A DNA stretch of 64,000 nt from Oopsacas minuta (lineage: Eukaryota; Animalia; Porifera): positions 355,557-419,556 of the forward strand of contig JAKMXF010000011.1 in the NCBI GenBank assembly GCA_024704765.1, given 5' to 3'. Positions 1-11,822 of the stretch are shown here, one piece after another. How positions within the stretch are numbered: position 1 is the stretch's first letter; each line of letters starts with the position of its first letter. The position numbers and the translations under genes are program-made. The notes under the pieces were generated by a model. It worked only from the letters and a program-made list of their open reading frames with translations, made no database searches and was not told where the DNA came from.

Positions 1-362
1 GACTACAGTCCATGCAGAAAGAAGTTTTTCTAAATTGTCTTTGATTAAAACTAAGTTACGGTCTACAATGTGCGAAGATCGTCTAGAATCATTGATGTTT
101 TGCTCAATAGAGAAAGAAATTCTGATTCTCTAGATAATGAAGACCTCATTTCTAAGTTTGTATCCATGGCAGATAGGAGATTACAATTATCTTAGTATGT
201 GCTGTGTTGATTAGATTTCGATAGACATCATTCATAGTATATTCATTAAAAATAAATTGATACGCGTAATATAATATATTGGTAATTAGGTTATTTGTTA
301 TGTTTAGTGTAATAAATAATTTTAATTGCCCCCCCTTCCAACTATTCCTGGCTACGCCACTG
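1..362 (+). mobile_element. 3' end of a hAT transposon (C-terminal dimerisation-domain remnant plus right TIR)
   Basis: Frame +2 from base 2 reads TTVHAERSFSKLSLIKTKLRSTMCEDRLESL, a typical hATC motif. It ends in CCTGGCTACGCCACTG (reverse complement CAGTGGCGTAGCCAGG, a hAT-type terminus). The left part lies outside the window. Confidence 0.75.
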
Positions 363-576
363 GGTCAGACTGTATGATTTACCCAGATAAGAGTCAGAAA
401 TCGATTCTGAAATTCTTCATGCATACTTTGGTGGTAGCACAGATCCCTTTAATAAGCACTGTTGGCAGTCGAACTAGGGTCCTGAATCTTAGGTCCATAA
501 AAGTACATTTGAAGATCAATATTTCTAAAGTACCACGTTTTGTCAGAATAAATGTATACATATTTATAGAAGTATA

Positions 577-825
577 CACTCCCTGGCCAAAAGTATTGGA
601 ATACCATACCACTAATGACACATGTGGCATATGGCACATTGGGAGAATATACGTATTGAATAGTATGTGGATATATCAGAAAAGGCGATTGTAATGATAA
701 AATTAATGATAGAATTAAGTTCACAGATGTTTGAAACTATCTTCAGCCTATGCAACTAAAGTAAATATATATTTGTCCATGTGTCAATTGTGGCAGAGTG
801 TTCCAATACTTTTGGCCAGGGTGTG
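577..825. mobile_element. Tc1/mariner-type MITE
   Basis: Inverted termini CACTCCCTGGCCAAAAGTATTGGAA / TTCCAATACTTTTGGCCAGGGTGTG (1 mismatch), TA on both flanks, no coding capacity. Confidence 0.8.
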
Positions 826-1324
826 TATTTCCTCAATCCAAAAATGCAAATTTTTGTCGAATGGTGTGATAATTTATGATTAGCAATAATTTTTGGGCGT
901 AAATGTGGCCAACTTAGATACAGGGTGGAAAAGTGGTTCTCAAACTTTCTCCCTCCTGACCCCGCTAACAATTGTCAAATGAATTCACGACCCCAAATTT
1001 CCACTCACAGGTAATAATCTCAAGGAGTGAAGAATAAACTTGAATCAGAATTTGATAATAATTTTGAGCAAACATCCAGGTGTACTTTCAAAGATTAATT
1101 ATATCTTAAGACATCTAGTTGAGAAACACTATCGTAGAATGATAAATATTGCTTATAAGATTCCAGAATCCATACTCAGTGATCAAATGAAATTTTATGC
1201 AAAATATTAAACTTTAAAATGATAAAGTTGGAAAATACCTGAAGTATCATGGATGGCAAATAAAAATTCATTATAACTCAAAAGGTTTAAATGTTTTCGT
1301 CAAATAAGTCAGTCCAAACCTAGA

Positions 1325-1493
1325 ATATATCCGACTTACCATACGCTAATAATACATTTTGATACGATATCTCTCAACTCACTATGATGAAATTTGAACA
1401 TGACCATAAATGGATATAACGTAGATTACGTCATAGTGAGTAGAGGTATCATAACAAAATGTATTATTAGCCTATGGGAAATCTGGTATATAT
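1325..1493. repeat. Imperfect palindrome / foldback MITE-like element
   Basis: Roughly 65-bp arms (..GCTAATAATACATTTTG..CTCACTATGA.. vs ..TCATAGTGAG..CAAAATGTATTATTAGC..) in inverted orientation with several mismatches. Confidence 0.45.
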
Positions 1494-1494
1494 A

Positions 1495-2055
1495 AAGGTT
1501 GCAACCGAATAATATTTGGCGAATAGTTCAATATTCGGTATTCGGTTGGTACAAACCGAATTTTATCAGTAGTATTCGGTTAGGCTGCTATTCATGAATC
1601 CTGACATTCGGTTAGATTGGTCTGAAGATTGTTATATACTAGGTGTTTGACTGGCTTAATTAGCAAAAACATGCAAACCTTTAGAGTTATTCTCAAGGTT
1701 GAAACAGCTTCAACAGAATAGTTGTTCGACTAACTAGTCAATCAACCAAATATTCGGATGGTAAAATTGTTGATGGGCCAAATATATTCAGTCAAATGTC
1801 ACACTTACCAATCCATTATTAAATTTGCCCAGTATTTTGGAATATTTGCATGGGTTTCTTGTAAATCAGGGATAATCCAGAGGTCCTTGAGGGTTGGCAA
1901 GTATGAAATATATTTAGTCAACCGAATAATTTTGTTCAGCCAAATTTATTTGGTCAATTGAATATGTTTGTTTGCTAACCGAGTCATCCAAATATTGAAT
2001 TATTTGGCAAGGAAATTTGGTTAAAACGAATATTGAACTATTCGGTTGCAACCTT
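1495..2055. mobile_element. Non-autonomous TIR element, superfamily unassigned
   Basis: 17-bp perfect inverted termini AAGGTTGCAACCGAATA / TATTCGGTTGCAACCTT with many internal CCAAATATT/CGAATA subrepeats. No TSD recognised. Confidence 0.55.
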
Positions 2056-3210
2056 GATTATAATAAACTTTTAGAAATATGCAATCCATGATACCTCAGG
2101 AATATGCTAACTTAACCATATCAAACTTTAATATTTGGTATAATATCATTAGATCATTGAGAATTAAATCTGAAATCTGATCAAAGTATCATCGTTCTAA
2201 GGTGCATCAAAGATGGACACATTTTACGCACAAAAATGCTTACACTAAGCACTTAATTTCACACATTTAACATCATATAGGATTTCAAAATTATTCTAAT
2301 GGACCCAAGTTTCAGGAACAGTAGTGAGTACCTACTATTGCTGATATGGATGGTTATGTACGAGGAGAAAATTCAATTAAAATATTGAATTCAAGGAGTT
2401 AGAGGCATTCAAATTCCAAGTTGGGAGTGAGAGTGGAGGGGATGAATAAAATTCTACCCAAAAGTAGGGTAAGTTCAAACTCATGTTTTTACCCTAAATC
2501 TGACTGAATTTCAATTATTTTAATGCTAATCGATAGTTGAGATGTGGACGTATATAACAATATCGATATTATTGTGAAACAATAAAAATTATCAACAGCA
2601 ACGGCCTGCAAAACCGATAAATAATCAGAACCCCAACAAATTTGATAGATACATTCTTTCGTTTCATATAACTGAATTTCCTTAAAAACCAGGAGGTCGC
2701 TAGTACTTGATTAAATTTTGTGGAAACGTTGATAATGATAAACTTAATCGAGAAACCAATAGGACAATTTGGATCTTCCTGTGTATTGATTCTTGCTATT
2801 CTACTCTTTTTCGTAGTCTCCACTTCATTTTCGTTGTTTCAATCTTTGATTTGGCTTTCATCACTTTCTTGCAAATTGTGATATTACTGTGAGGTGTCAT
2901 AATTTCTCTCGAGTTGTGGTGGGCTCATATTGGCCTGCACTCCCTAACGCAGGAATATCCTTTGACTGTCTAGCTCTGTGTATTTCGAATTCGTCTGTCC
3001 TACTGTCTCCTCTTTGTGATTGTGCCATATCTGTTCTCCTCATTCTTGTCGGAATTGATATCAATCCACTCAAGATACTCCCACGAATAAGGTAATAAAT
3101 AAATGTAATTCAATAAATTTATTCACACCGTAATTTGTATTGTTAGTTAAAGTACTTATTTTAGAATTACCAAGGGAATGATGTTAATGGTTAGCTTCAT
3201 GGTCTCAACG

Positions 3211-5226
3211 CAGGGACGTAGCTAGGGGGGGGGCTGAGCTCCCCCTAACAAATTTAACCATCCCGTAAATTTTTGCTAAGCTATATTGATCTTTACTATC
3301 TTAGATCTCAAATATTAGTAAAATCAAGGAAATGTTCGTGAATATGTCAAATTGACTATACATTTTAGTTATCTAATTCCTCTTGCTAGTAAATATACAT
3401 AATTACATGAATGCTTTTACAGCGACCATTGAAATTATACTTTTTGTTTTTATATGACCATAACATATATTCCTTCCAGTTCGATTATATTTATGTGCGA
3501 ATAGTGAAATCATTCCTCATGACCTAGATATACGAAAAAAATGGAAGTCGAAAAATTCCTCTTGAAATTTTCTACCGGGTGGTCCAAAAAAAAGTGTACC
3601 TGACAAATTTTTTCAATTTTTGAGATATATGTTAGATATTGAAGCAATCAAAGAAGTTTGTTATAATATATAGATAAATTACATGAAATAAATAATTCGA
3701 CTTCTTGTTGTTGCTTTGGGTCAATCATTCAGAGTAGATGTTCCATGTGTCCACCTTTCATATTCATTACCTTTCCGAGGCGCATAGTAAAGTTTTGCAT
3801 GGCGGACTTCAATACTGGTCTTGTTATCCTTCTGATAACGGTTCTTGTGTTAGTTTTTAGTTCCACCAGTGTCTTGGGGTTGTTCTGGTATATCCTGTCT
3901 TTAATATAGCCCCACAGGAAAAGATCTGGGGGCTCAGGTCGAGTGAATAAGGGGGCCACTCGATCTCACACTTGCGAATGATAATCCTTGACTTGAAGTC
4001 AACTCTAAGCCAATCCAGGGACTTTTGAGCTGCATGGTGAGTAGCACCGTCCTGCTGGAACCACATCTGCCAATTACTGGGAAAGAGACGTTTCAAGTCC
4101 GCCAAGAACCTCTCTAGCATCACAATGTAGCGTTCACTGTTGATGCTTGTCGTCACTCCATTTTCCTCGAAGAAATATGGGCCAATAATGCCCTTCTCAA
4201 AGAAAGCACACCAGCTGTGACCTTCTTTGAGTGAAGAAGCTTGGTTATCACCTCGTTTGGTCTCTGAGAACCCCAATAGATGCTATTTTTAGAGTTTACC
4301 GCTCCCTCAAGATAGCAATGAGCCTCATCGCTTGTTCACAAAAGCTGGGGAAAATTCTCTGCCTTTTCGATTTTGTCAGCCAAAACCTTCTCCATGACCA
4401 GCCTGTTCATCTTTGCAGCTTCTGTGAGCTTCTGGTGGATGATAATGCGATAGGGAAACAATTTTAGGTCTTCATTAATCGCTCTTAACATCGTAGAACG
4501 TGAGGAAACTAGCTCTTGACACCTCCTTCTCGTCGATTTGTGTGGTGGCACTTGTACGGATTCTCGCAGGCGGTCGATGAACACCTCATCCTGCTTCCTC
4601 TTTCGTCCTGAGTGACTATTTCGACCTGGGATTTTTGAGTTAAGGTTCCTGACTGTCCCTTCTTTCCTAAACTTGGCTTCCCACTTGACAATGAGTGATT
4701 TATAGGGTGGTTTAACGGGTTGAACTTGGAAACAACATCGCGTATCGTTACATGGAAACTCATCGTCTCCATGTACCTCTCAACAGCGAATGCTTTCAGT
4801 TCTACATTCCAATGAGAGTACTGCTTGGGCGTAGGAGTTGTATTTGACATTTGCTAAAACGGTATAAAGTAAGATGAAAAGTTGTAATGTGAGTGGTGCA
4901 AAACATGCACGGGTACACTCTTTTGGACCACCCTGTATGAAGAAGGATAGAAGATTTCATTAATTTTAGATATTATTTAAATTTATGAGATTAAAATAGA
5001 TTTGTAGTTCATTGGAATGTCACAATGTACACGATTACTAAGCGAAACTATAGAATGCCAGAGTTGTCTGAATATTTACGAACTAAGTAATTTTACCTTC
5101 CCCGAAAGTAGCTTGGGAGTTTGGGTATGGGCCTACCCCAAAAAATAGATATAAAAATCTTATGTATTCAAGTCCCCCTAAAGTTTACTTTGCCCCTCCT
5201 AACACTACGCTCTGGCTACGGCCCTG
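3211..5226. mobile_element. Non-autonomous hAT element hosting a nested Tc1/mariner insertion
   Basis: TIRs CAGGGACGTAGCTAG / CTGGCTACGGCCCTG. Perfect 8-bp TSD TCTCAACG at 3203-3210 and 5227-5234. Confidence 0.85.
3575..4935 (-). mobile_element. Tc1/mariner element with frameshifted transposase, DD41D (rosa/VS-type) spacing
   Basis: TIRs C(C/A)GGGTGGTCCAAAA..AGTGTACC with TA flanks. ORF fragments 4850-3729 contain WFQQDGATHH...EWPPYSLDLSP(P)DLFLWG. I count 41 residues between the 2nd and 3rd Asp after repairing a 1-bp deletion. Confidence 0.88.
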
Positions 5227-6189
5227 TCTCAACGTTTCGTTATTTCGAGGCTTTGATACACAAGACGTCTGTTAGTGCTAAAATATCTAATCACTATTTA
5301 GGGATCCATTTGCAAAAAGGTCTATTCTTGGATCTGTAGAATTTTAACTGCAAATCACAGAATGGAATAGTTTCTGCATTACTGATTCGAGTAATAGAAT
5401 GTCATTAATCAGTAATTAGAAGAAAGTATTTTCTTCAAAGTTCCATGATGTAAATAATGTGTGTTTAGAAGTATTATCGTTTGATAAAGCCTGATACCCG
5501 TAAGATAAACAGTCCTATCTTTCGAGGTAAAACAGAGTGTAAATTCCCTAAATGTGGAGTAGATGTAATTTATAGTGTGGACGAGAGTTATCTAAATAAT
5601 CGTGATTGTAGAAATCGGGTTATTTTGCCTCGGGTATTCGCCTCCATAAAATTGCTTGTTTCGCTAATACTAAATACAAACAAACTTATTAATGTCCCGG
5701 CTACAAGGTTATTGGGTATCGGACTGTGATTTGCTACCAGGATCATGTAAAGAAGTGCAGTTTTAATACATTATATTTCTTGTAATTTGACACCCTTTCT
5801 TGCCATCTTTCACATGTCAAAAGTGATAAAAAATTCCCGATTTCGATTGAAATTTTAATTGATCAAAATTAACTATTGTGAAAAATTTGTTTAGTCATTG
5901 TACTTAACTTTTTGATTTTTGTTGTCTCTGTGCTGCCTAGACTTGTTCGATAAAGATTAGGACTAAGAATTTCACGCGAAAGCATAAAATGGTTTAGTAG
6001 TTGAAACGGGTTATTTGCCTATCGGGTGTTTTTCGTCTTTTTCCGTGCATTTAGGGGGGCAAAAAAAACGATTTCTGCTGTTGTATTAAATTTACATTCA
6101 GAAAGATGCCTTTCATCTCATCATAATCTTACTTCTTGCAAAATTTACATATTTCTCTCAAATAAAATCTACACATATCAGTATTGAGG

Positions 6190-6501
6190 TAGTAGGCCCT
6201 CGATTATCCGGCACTCGGTTATTCGAAAAGCAACAGGAAGAACATTCAATTTGTGAATACTATTCAAATTTCACCCAATCACGAAGCTTTGTACTACATT
6301 AGTATGTAGTTGGTTTAGGATGGTGTTCATTTTAGGCTCCCATAGTTATACACATGTAGTCCAATAGTCGAAATTCAAAAGTTTCATTTTCACATATGCC
6401 TGAGCAGTGAAATTCACTTAAGAAAAGACACTATTTCACTTATCCGAACACCAAAATTGAAAAGGTATGGCGAAGGTGTTTGGATAATAGAGGGTGTACT
6501 G
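6190..6501. mobile_element. Degenerate pogo/Tigger-type MITE
   Basis: AGTAGGCCCTCGATTATCC / GGATAATAGAGGGTGTACTG imperfect inverted termini. Confidence 0.4.
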
Positions 6502-7041
6502 CAGTCAGTTAAAGTATGTCCAACGAAACAAGACAAAAATATTATCCGCGAATAGTCGAAACAGCCAACTGAAAAATCGGAAACGATGAGGGGTGCCTGT
6601 AGGCTTCATTCTTTGATTCGTGGTCATGATGAATTCAACAGTGAGTGGAGTTGTAACACAAAAATACTTAGTGGATCGTGACAAAATTTAGACAATGATA
6701 AAAAATTATATTGCTGCATCTATATAGCATGATGCTTTTGAGTAGAGTAGGCAACATTAAATAGTAAAATGTAGTATAAACTAACGCAGAGTATGAATGG
6801 TATCTCTCATGAGTGAAATGTCAAAAAGTGAAATGATTCACAAAATTAATAGATAATCATGTCTCTACTCTAAGGAATAAGGAATGACCGTTCGATGAAT
6901 ATTCCAGAAGCGTTTTCTCAAAAATGTCGGTCTACAAAGCCTGCCAATCCGAAAAGCTTTGGTGTCACGACAAGAGGTCAAATAAACTGTAAGTCAAGAA
7001 GGAGCCAACTTAATTAAGACAACTATATATATAAGTGCGTA

Positions 7042-7100
7042 TCTATATTATTAATACTCAATTGATGTGCGTTTGTATGAATGTTTGTTTGTTTACCTGT
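7042..7100 (+). repeat. Helitron-like 5' terminus with (TTTG/TATG)-rich tract
   Basis: A|TCTATATTATTAATACTCAATTG followed by GTTTGT repeats. The same start motif occurs at 59194 and 59678. Confidence 0.4.
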
Positions 7101-8420
7101 ATTATGATAATAGGAGAAGACGATCTATGTAAAGAATACAGGGGAACATATCCTTTTGTTGGTGATATAACAAAAGTAAACAATAAATTTGAGGTAATCG
7201 ATCCTGAATATGAAATTGTAAACAACATGTAATTATTATCTTACATAGATTGAGGTTCGATTCAATTCGGTCTATTTATGATGGCCTGAAAATAGCTAAT
7301 CAATTTTGATGATTACACTTAAAATAAATTTCCAATATAGTAGCAAATAAGAATATCTGACTGTCTTGTTGATCGTGTTATTAAAATGAATAGAATAATC
7401 TTCTCATTGGAAGTTATTTGATTGTTCGTGCTTCTTAGTTTACCCAAACAAGTTAAAACAGAGCTAATATCTGTGACCTTAGATGATAAATTTTTGTGAT
7501 AATATAAATGACCAGTTAGAAGAAGTGAATCGTATATACAACATTTGATGGAGAAATTTAGGCTTAAATTTGATACCTCCATTTTTGATGAATCAAAAAT
7601 TGATGTAGTCCTTGGAGCTCATCAACAACGTCTATGCTATTTTGCTGAATATGATAAATAAATAGCTAAAAGTATAAGGTCTAAAAGTAAAGTACAAGGG
7701 AACTAAGGAAATATATAGATGGGTTCTATATTGCAGAAACTGTGCATCATTTGGCTGAATAAATGTACAGTCAAACCAGGGCTCTTCGTACTCAGTTTTT
7801 TCTACTAATTTTCATTTAGAAGAAATGTCTGATATAAACATTTTCCATTGAGTCATTATTACTATTGGTTATATCTTACTAAATATTCATGCAAAGGAAC
7901 AGTAAGAAAAAGAATATGTCAAAATATTTGTCTAGTAACCATGTAGTAATATATACCATTCTTGGCGATTCGTAGAACAATAAATATTGAAAACCATATT
8001 TGCTGAATAAGCGCCGGAGGCGAGAAATAGGCTCCAAGACTTGTGAATAAAATTTATCACCACAATAGAAGCATTGTTTTGATGAAATTTAAGTCTCCTT
8101 TGACTAAGCAACAAATTGGGATATGTAACTCCCAAATCGTTCGTATTTTCAAAAATCGCATAGAATGGACAAGTATTCGAAAAATGCCCACGAAAAGAAT
8201 AAGCACCCTGGCGGGTATTAGGAAATATGGTAATTGATTCAAAGTCAAAAAGAATACGAATAAAGGATAATTTTTCTACAAAATATAACAAAAATAGCGA
8301 ATATAAAGTTTGGAGATTGATAAATTAAGATGGATACCATGGATGACACATTATATGAAAATCCATTGGTAAAAAATAATCGATAATTTGTGGATTATGG
8401 TCATTTTATAGTATATAGCC

Positions 8421-9765
8421 CACAGTGGTTTGGGGAAGCAATTAGAGTAAAAAATGTCATTCTCCAAAATGCCTAATACTGTATATTGGCTTCCTGAATA
8501 TCGAAATAGTGGGTGTTCGAAAAATTGAAAGCCTATTAGTATGTCAGTGCATCGTCAAAAGATTCAGCATATTCAGGTTACAAGTTCGAGATTCGCGGTT
8601 TCTAAGAACTCGAAATTTCATCAGAGTATATATCAAAGAATTTCCATCTCAATGTTTATCCTGTTAGTAATATTTCTAATCAAGGCGTAATTATACTATT
8701 CCAACTGCAAAATTAGTGGATGATAATTGCACTTTCTCAATTTTCCATTTGAAGTAGGGTCCTTAAGGACTAGAAATTATAAAAATATCAAAGCGAAAAG
8801 TACACGGAAAAATATGGATAGCTAAAAATAGTTTGGAAGTCATGTGTGGTTAAGTATATAATTGTCATATACTACATTGTAAATAATAAGACCCGCTTTG
8901 ATGCGAACATGCATGATTACCGTGAATTCCATTCTCAGCACTTAGTTGCTTAGCAAAAGTAATATATATTTGATAAGCTAAAACTTAAGTACTTATCAAT
9001 AATTTGAATATCTTTCCACTCAAAAATTTGTCCACTCATTGAAGAAAATACTTTGCCCGATCTTTTGAGACTTACAGCATTAATCCACCATGTCTGAGCG
9101 CGAAGTTCCACTAAACCATGGCGATACTGCTAGAATTTTGAGACAGAAAGATTTCAACTTTCCTGATACTGTGGGTGAAATAACAAGTTTGGTAAATATT
9201 GATGAAGAAAAACGAGATTCTGTTGTTTCTTTCGTAAAATTGTTAGTGCTAATCAGAAAAAGTCCAAGAAATCTTCTGAAAACTAACATCTGAATGGTGG
9301 AATTGCGAATTTTCTTGGGGAACAAAACAAAAATAGCGCATCTCTCTTCTTCAGCAGAATCATCAAGACCGTTTAAAGAGGTTAGATGGGAGAAAGAGCT
9401 TATTAAGCCTTTCCCTTGAGCAACAGCGGACCCGATTATCCATGATTTTAGAGCACTGAGAGAATTGCCAATTTGGAAGATTATTCACCCTTAGTAGTAG
9501 CCGCACTTTCACTTCAACTATTGGCCAACGAAGAAGATAATCGTCAGGTTGCTAATGTAGCCAAAGAGATCATCAATTTCAAAACACCTTGGAAAGAATA
9601 TTGTCAATGGTAGATCACCCAACAAACGAAGAATTCCCACTCACTTTGAAAATTGGAGATGGTTTAGATGGTTCTTCTATCTACAACCAACAGATCACTA
9701 ACACCTTAACCAAAAACTTCATCCTATGTTGTTTCAAGCCAATCTCAATCCAACAATATGTGTGA
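8421..9765 (+). mobile_element. Probable Transib (RAG1-like) transposon, 5' portion, decayed
   Basis: Starts CACAGTGG at 8421. Fragments from ATG 9090 read ..YSPLVVAALSLQLLANEEDNRQVANVAKEII.. and ..FPLTLKIGDGLDGSSIYNQ..TKNFILCCFKPISI, resembling the first catalytic-Asp strand of Transib/RAG1-type transposases. No right TIR found. Confidence 0.58.
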
Positions 9766-10369
9766 AGTAAATTATGATAATGTGAGAATTCTCTAAATAC
9801 ATTTGTTATATTTCAGTAATCTTTGAACGTGATTTTCTCGGAATAATTTTTTGTCGAAAGTCACCCCACTATCTGAGATTATTACTTGTTCAGTTTGAAT
9901 GCTAGACCTTAGCTCTAAATTAATAAAACATCCTTATACTCGAAGATAGATACTTTGCGTGTGGAATTTTGAATTAGGTCGTAAAAATTCTTAAAAAATT
10001 TAATAGTGTTCAAGTTTCACGAAAAGTAGGGTAAAACTTGGTGGGTCAGACATCCAGTGGACTAAAAACTAATTTGGGGCTCTAGAAAAAATTATGTACT
10101 CAATCTATCTTTAGTAATATACTAAGTAATAAGATAGAACAATGAACTAGGCTAGCGTACTAATTGTGTAAGAGTAATAACATAAAATAGAAATTCCATT
10201 TTGGCTTACCATAGTAACCATGAATCCATACTAGATAGTAGATAACTTTCAAAATAAACAACATATCATAATGAAAGTTTCAGAATTTCTTAGTTATTTC
10301 ATAACAGCCTCAAACGCTTAACTTTGGAAATCAATCAACAAACATAGAAATTCACCATGAATCCTGTAT

Positions 10370-11575
10370 ATGGTTCGCGGAAGGTATCCCTAAGAGATCT
10401 AGACTGAATCCTTTGAAAAGAGGGAACAACAACAGAGAAACTCCGCCAAGTAAATTTCAGCGTTTGTATACCATCAGTAATGATTATTCCTCCCCTGAAG
10501 ATATCCTAATTCTATCATCTCCTTTTAGAGGGGCCGAAGAATCGATCTTTCAGACCAAAACCACTAGAAAAACAAGAGAAGTGTTTGAATTTCTTAACTC
10601 AATGAAAAGTAAATAATAAGACTCCTTTACATCTGGAAACCCACTCTCCAACCATGACAGAAAACTTGATAAAACGTTAGACCTTCCTCTCCGTGAACTC
10701 TTTGACTGGCGCAAGTTAACGATAAACTTTCATACCTTAGAAAATCTATCTACTTCACTAAACACCGATGTAGATTCAGCATACTCTTTAGAGGACTCTA
10801 CTGCTACTTGGGGAGGACTTTGTGATGGAATTGGGTTATTAAATACCTGTTTAGTAGACAATATCATTACATTACTCAGTTTACACGAAAAGACATTTGA
10901 TATTACATTTCTGAAGATTTAATCTTCTCCTAACTTACTTCTCGAGAAAGCCTTTTCTTTAATACGAGCTCATCAGTTTGATAGTCTAGGGTTGTGAATA
11001 GGTCAAATGCTAGGAATCCAGCTCTCAAATACTAGTTACAACGTCTTAAGCAATGAAGGTCAGATATTTCAACTCTTATGTAAGAAATGTTCCTTGTGTT
11101 CAGACGGCTATAAGATCGTTTTTCAGGCTGGGAGTGTTGGAACGAGTCAGAAAAAATTCTTAATCTCACCTCTTTAACAAAATTCAACTCTAATTGCCAT
11201 TCTTCCATCAATAAAAAAATTCATTCTAGTTTCAATTGCTTGGAATGACGAGATCCATACGCCAACACTGAGCCAAGGTTATGTGAGTTACAGAACTACT
11301 GCCTTTATGATTATAGAAGTTAGACATCTTAATGAGGTAGTTCAAGTACAAGATATTTCTGACACTCTATCACTAGTGCACAAAGATGAAAGGGTGTATT
11401 ACTCACTCATCAGATTCACAATTCATATTGGGCTACATTTTTGCATGAGAGTCAAAATGGATGATGGATGGCACTCTTACGATGGAATGGAAAGGGCCAA
11501 ACTAACTAAGCTTAAAGACAGATTAGGAAAATTTATTGGTCGTGTTAATTGCATTTTTATGTACTTACTAACAAT
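10370..11575 (+). pseudogene. Decayed USP-like (papain-fold) cysteine protease gene
   Basis: Basic N-terminal segment, then ATWGGLCDGIGLLNTCLVDNIITLL (NTC at 10842-10850, Cys-box-like) and YSLIRFTIHIGLHFCMRVKMDDGWHSYDG (His at 11436, His-box-like). Several stops and frameshifts. Confidence 0.5.
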
Positions 11576-11822
11576 GCAGAACTTAATGTACATAAGAACT
11601 TTCCGATTGAAATATTGTCTAATACCTCTGCACTAAATATTAAAATTTCTGATTTATAATTAACCATATTGTTTAAATTAAGCATAATAGTTAAATATGC
11701 AAATATAAATTTTTTCACTGATATATTCTAGTTACTAGTATTGATAGTGCATCAGATACCTATTCTCATTTTATGATCCATTTACGTCTCTGCTCAATAT
11801 TAGCTTGTATATTGTATTTCTG

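Noticed and set aside
2569-3095. Short ORFs in a more GC-balanced segment that may be decayed coding sequence
   Set aside because: All frames contain stops and I recognised no domain.
5297-5396. Minus-strand peptide ITRISNAETIPFCDLQLK resembling OGDH C-terminal ITRIEQLSPFPFDLLLK
   Set aside because: Spacing is off by one, the following WCQEE.KN motif is absent, and a stop follows. Judged coincidental.
7932-8039. Candidate OGDH exon 2 on the minus strand: acceptor-like TTTTATTCACAAG|TCTTGG giving SWSLFL
   Set aside because: Only the SW dipeptide fits. The frame stops after about 35 codons with no convincing donor and no LIRAYQ.RGH motif. Probably chance, but RNA-seq could test it.
8428-8460. 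Possible RSS nonamer after CACAGTG
   Set aside because: No ACAAAAACC-like sequence at 12- or 23-bp spacing. Only an A6 tract 21 bp downstream, so not a canonical RSS.
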